DNA of 63,390 nt, filler included, from Globobulimina sp. (Eukaryota), in NCBI GenBank assembly GCA_003354225.1. It is 40 parts of 40 records of this genome, joined end to end, with 100 filler letters (N's around TTAATTAATTAA, not from the genome) between each part and the next. Parts side by side here need not be neighbours in the genome. Positions count along the whole stretch, not along the records: positions 61,905 to 63,390 come from PIVH01015917.1; 39 more parts are not named here. One strand, written 5' to 3'. Made by a program: the position numbers and the translations under genes. Shown one piece after another: positions 61,984 through 63,390 of this stretch. The notes beneath the pieces are model-generated. The model saw nothing but the letters and a program-made list of their open reading frames with translations, did no database searches and was not told the origin of the DNA. The stretch's first letter is position 1, and every line of letters starts with the position of its first letter.

Positions 61984-63367
61984 GGTAGATAGGAAAACGG
62001 GCGGCGCCAAAACGGGCGGCGCGGGGCGGCGCGGCGTGAGATTTTAAACAGCGCCCAACTGTTATCTATGCCTTTCTCCTGCGATTGTGAAATCAGTGTT
62101 TACGTTGTTCTGTACGAGGTTGCGTGTCTTTGTTTTCGTTCATTAAAAATCTCTCTTCTTTCATTCAAAAACGATTTTATTAATCGATAAATTAGGTATT
62201 TCTTTTTCGCCAAAAAATGGCTATAAATTCAAGCAGTCAACAAGAAAAGGTCATTATTGAAGGTAAGTATTATATTATTTAGTACATTATGTAACAAATG
62301 AGAAATTATATAAAAACTTTTCGTTACAGATTTCGATGCAACAATACCAATGTTTGGTTCTCCTCAACAATTCAGCACCCCAAACAGACAGAGAATAGTT
62401 TCTCCAGTCGATATTGACCTCACTCAAAGTAGTCCAGATGAGAAGTCAGTTGTTTATAGTATGTAGATAGATCCATACCTGATCCAGGGGGTTTGGGTGT
62501 TCATTTTCGGGATTTCTGAAGAATTTTTGGAGGGGGTTTGGTGTTTTTTAGTCGGAATTTTCGCCAAAACAAGGGAAAACGGAAATCGTTATAAAACCTT
62601 CAATATTGGTCCGATTGAGCTGAAGTTTTTCTTGGGGATATTAGACTCATTTACAAATGCAACGCGGTCATTCAGGAATCGCGGGGATTCCCGGAGTAAA
62701 ACAGTAATCGTTATAAAACCTTGAATAGTGGTCGCATTTCGCTGAAAATATTTTTGGGGATACCAATTGACAAACGCTGACAGCTTGGCCGAAAAATTTG
62801 CGAAACAGTTCCCCAGGTGTGTCCGGGAAATGCAGCGGCTTACTTGGTAGATTTGTCAAATCTTGCACATCCTGAGGACATTATACGCGACTCGTATGAT
62901 TCATGGGGTAAATCTTCCAGTGACAATAATTATTATGCTGTCGATAAACATCTGAAATCAGTAAAAAAATTGAACTATGGAAAATGGATGAAACTCGAAG
63001 ATGATGCCAAAGTTGATGTTAAAATCCGACGTCGTTTCTACAAACATCCTAAAGCGAAGGAATTATAATTATTCTACGTCATATTCGTGCCACAAGTATG
63101 TACTGTTTGGTCATACAACATAACATTTTTTCACATTTTGCTCTGCATTTTTTTAGTTAATATTAGTGTGAAAATGTTTATTTTCATGTATTTTAATTCC
63201 TGCAAATAGTAATTATTCTAATTTTCAAACCAATAAAGTTTGTTGCATTTTTTATGAAATCGTATATTTCGATAGCATACGGTATTCCGAAGCTGGGCGC
63301 TGTTTAAAATCTCACGCCGCGCCGCCCCGCGCCGCCCGTTTTGGCGCCGCCCGTTTTCCTATCTACC
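61984..63367. mobile_element. TIR element (77-bp GC-rich TIRs) with a spliced, disrupted gene; probable Mutator-like deletion derivative
   Basis: 61984-62060 is the reverse complement of 63291-63367 (1 mismatch); ATG 62218, GTAAGT..TTACAG intron, coding remnant 62817-63068. Confidence 0.8.
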
Positions 63368-63390
63368 CAATTAGCCGGGCCCACTTTAGC

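Overview
This window is not a continuous locus. It is about 40 short contigs of ~1.49 kb each, joined by an artificial 100-nt linker (N44-TTAATTAATTAA-N44), so adjacency across linkers means nothing. Most contigs come from an AT-rich microbial eukaryote using the standard genetic code, with short (~60-130 nt) GT-AG introns. Gene style (Kelch/PT-repeat membrane proteins, HxDISLEN kinases, SAM/coiled-coil and ART-like proteins) suggests a foraminiferan-like rhizarian; this is an inference. Recognisable genes: serine dehydratase, symplekin, a divergent histone H3, AIP1/WDR1, an ABCB transporter, ENT, SLC12, an OFA-type MFS, GH78-like, PARP, DUF5054, VIT-vWA, ERp29 and several kinases. One contig is bacterial (Bacteroidota-like) and one is a GC-rich/AT-rich chimera. 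The most notable content is the mobilome. (i) A repeat starting TA|CAGTAGTGTTCCCGATAAGA occurs four times and cuts two ORFs exactly at a TA. (ii) A 1.36-kb element with 139-bp TIRs and AT flanks carries a decayed UPF1-like SF1 helicase. (iii) A 77-bp-TIR element has a CG-1/MULE-like coding remnant. (iv) There is an intron-containing P-element-like transposase. (v) Gypsy, APE-LINE and DIRS/Ngaro-like fragments and several MITE/SINE-like repeats are also present. All family assignments are by motif recognition only; no database search was run.
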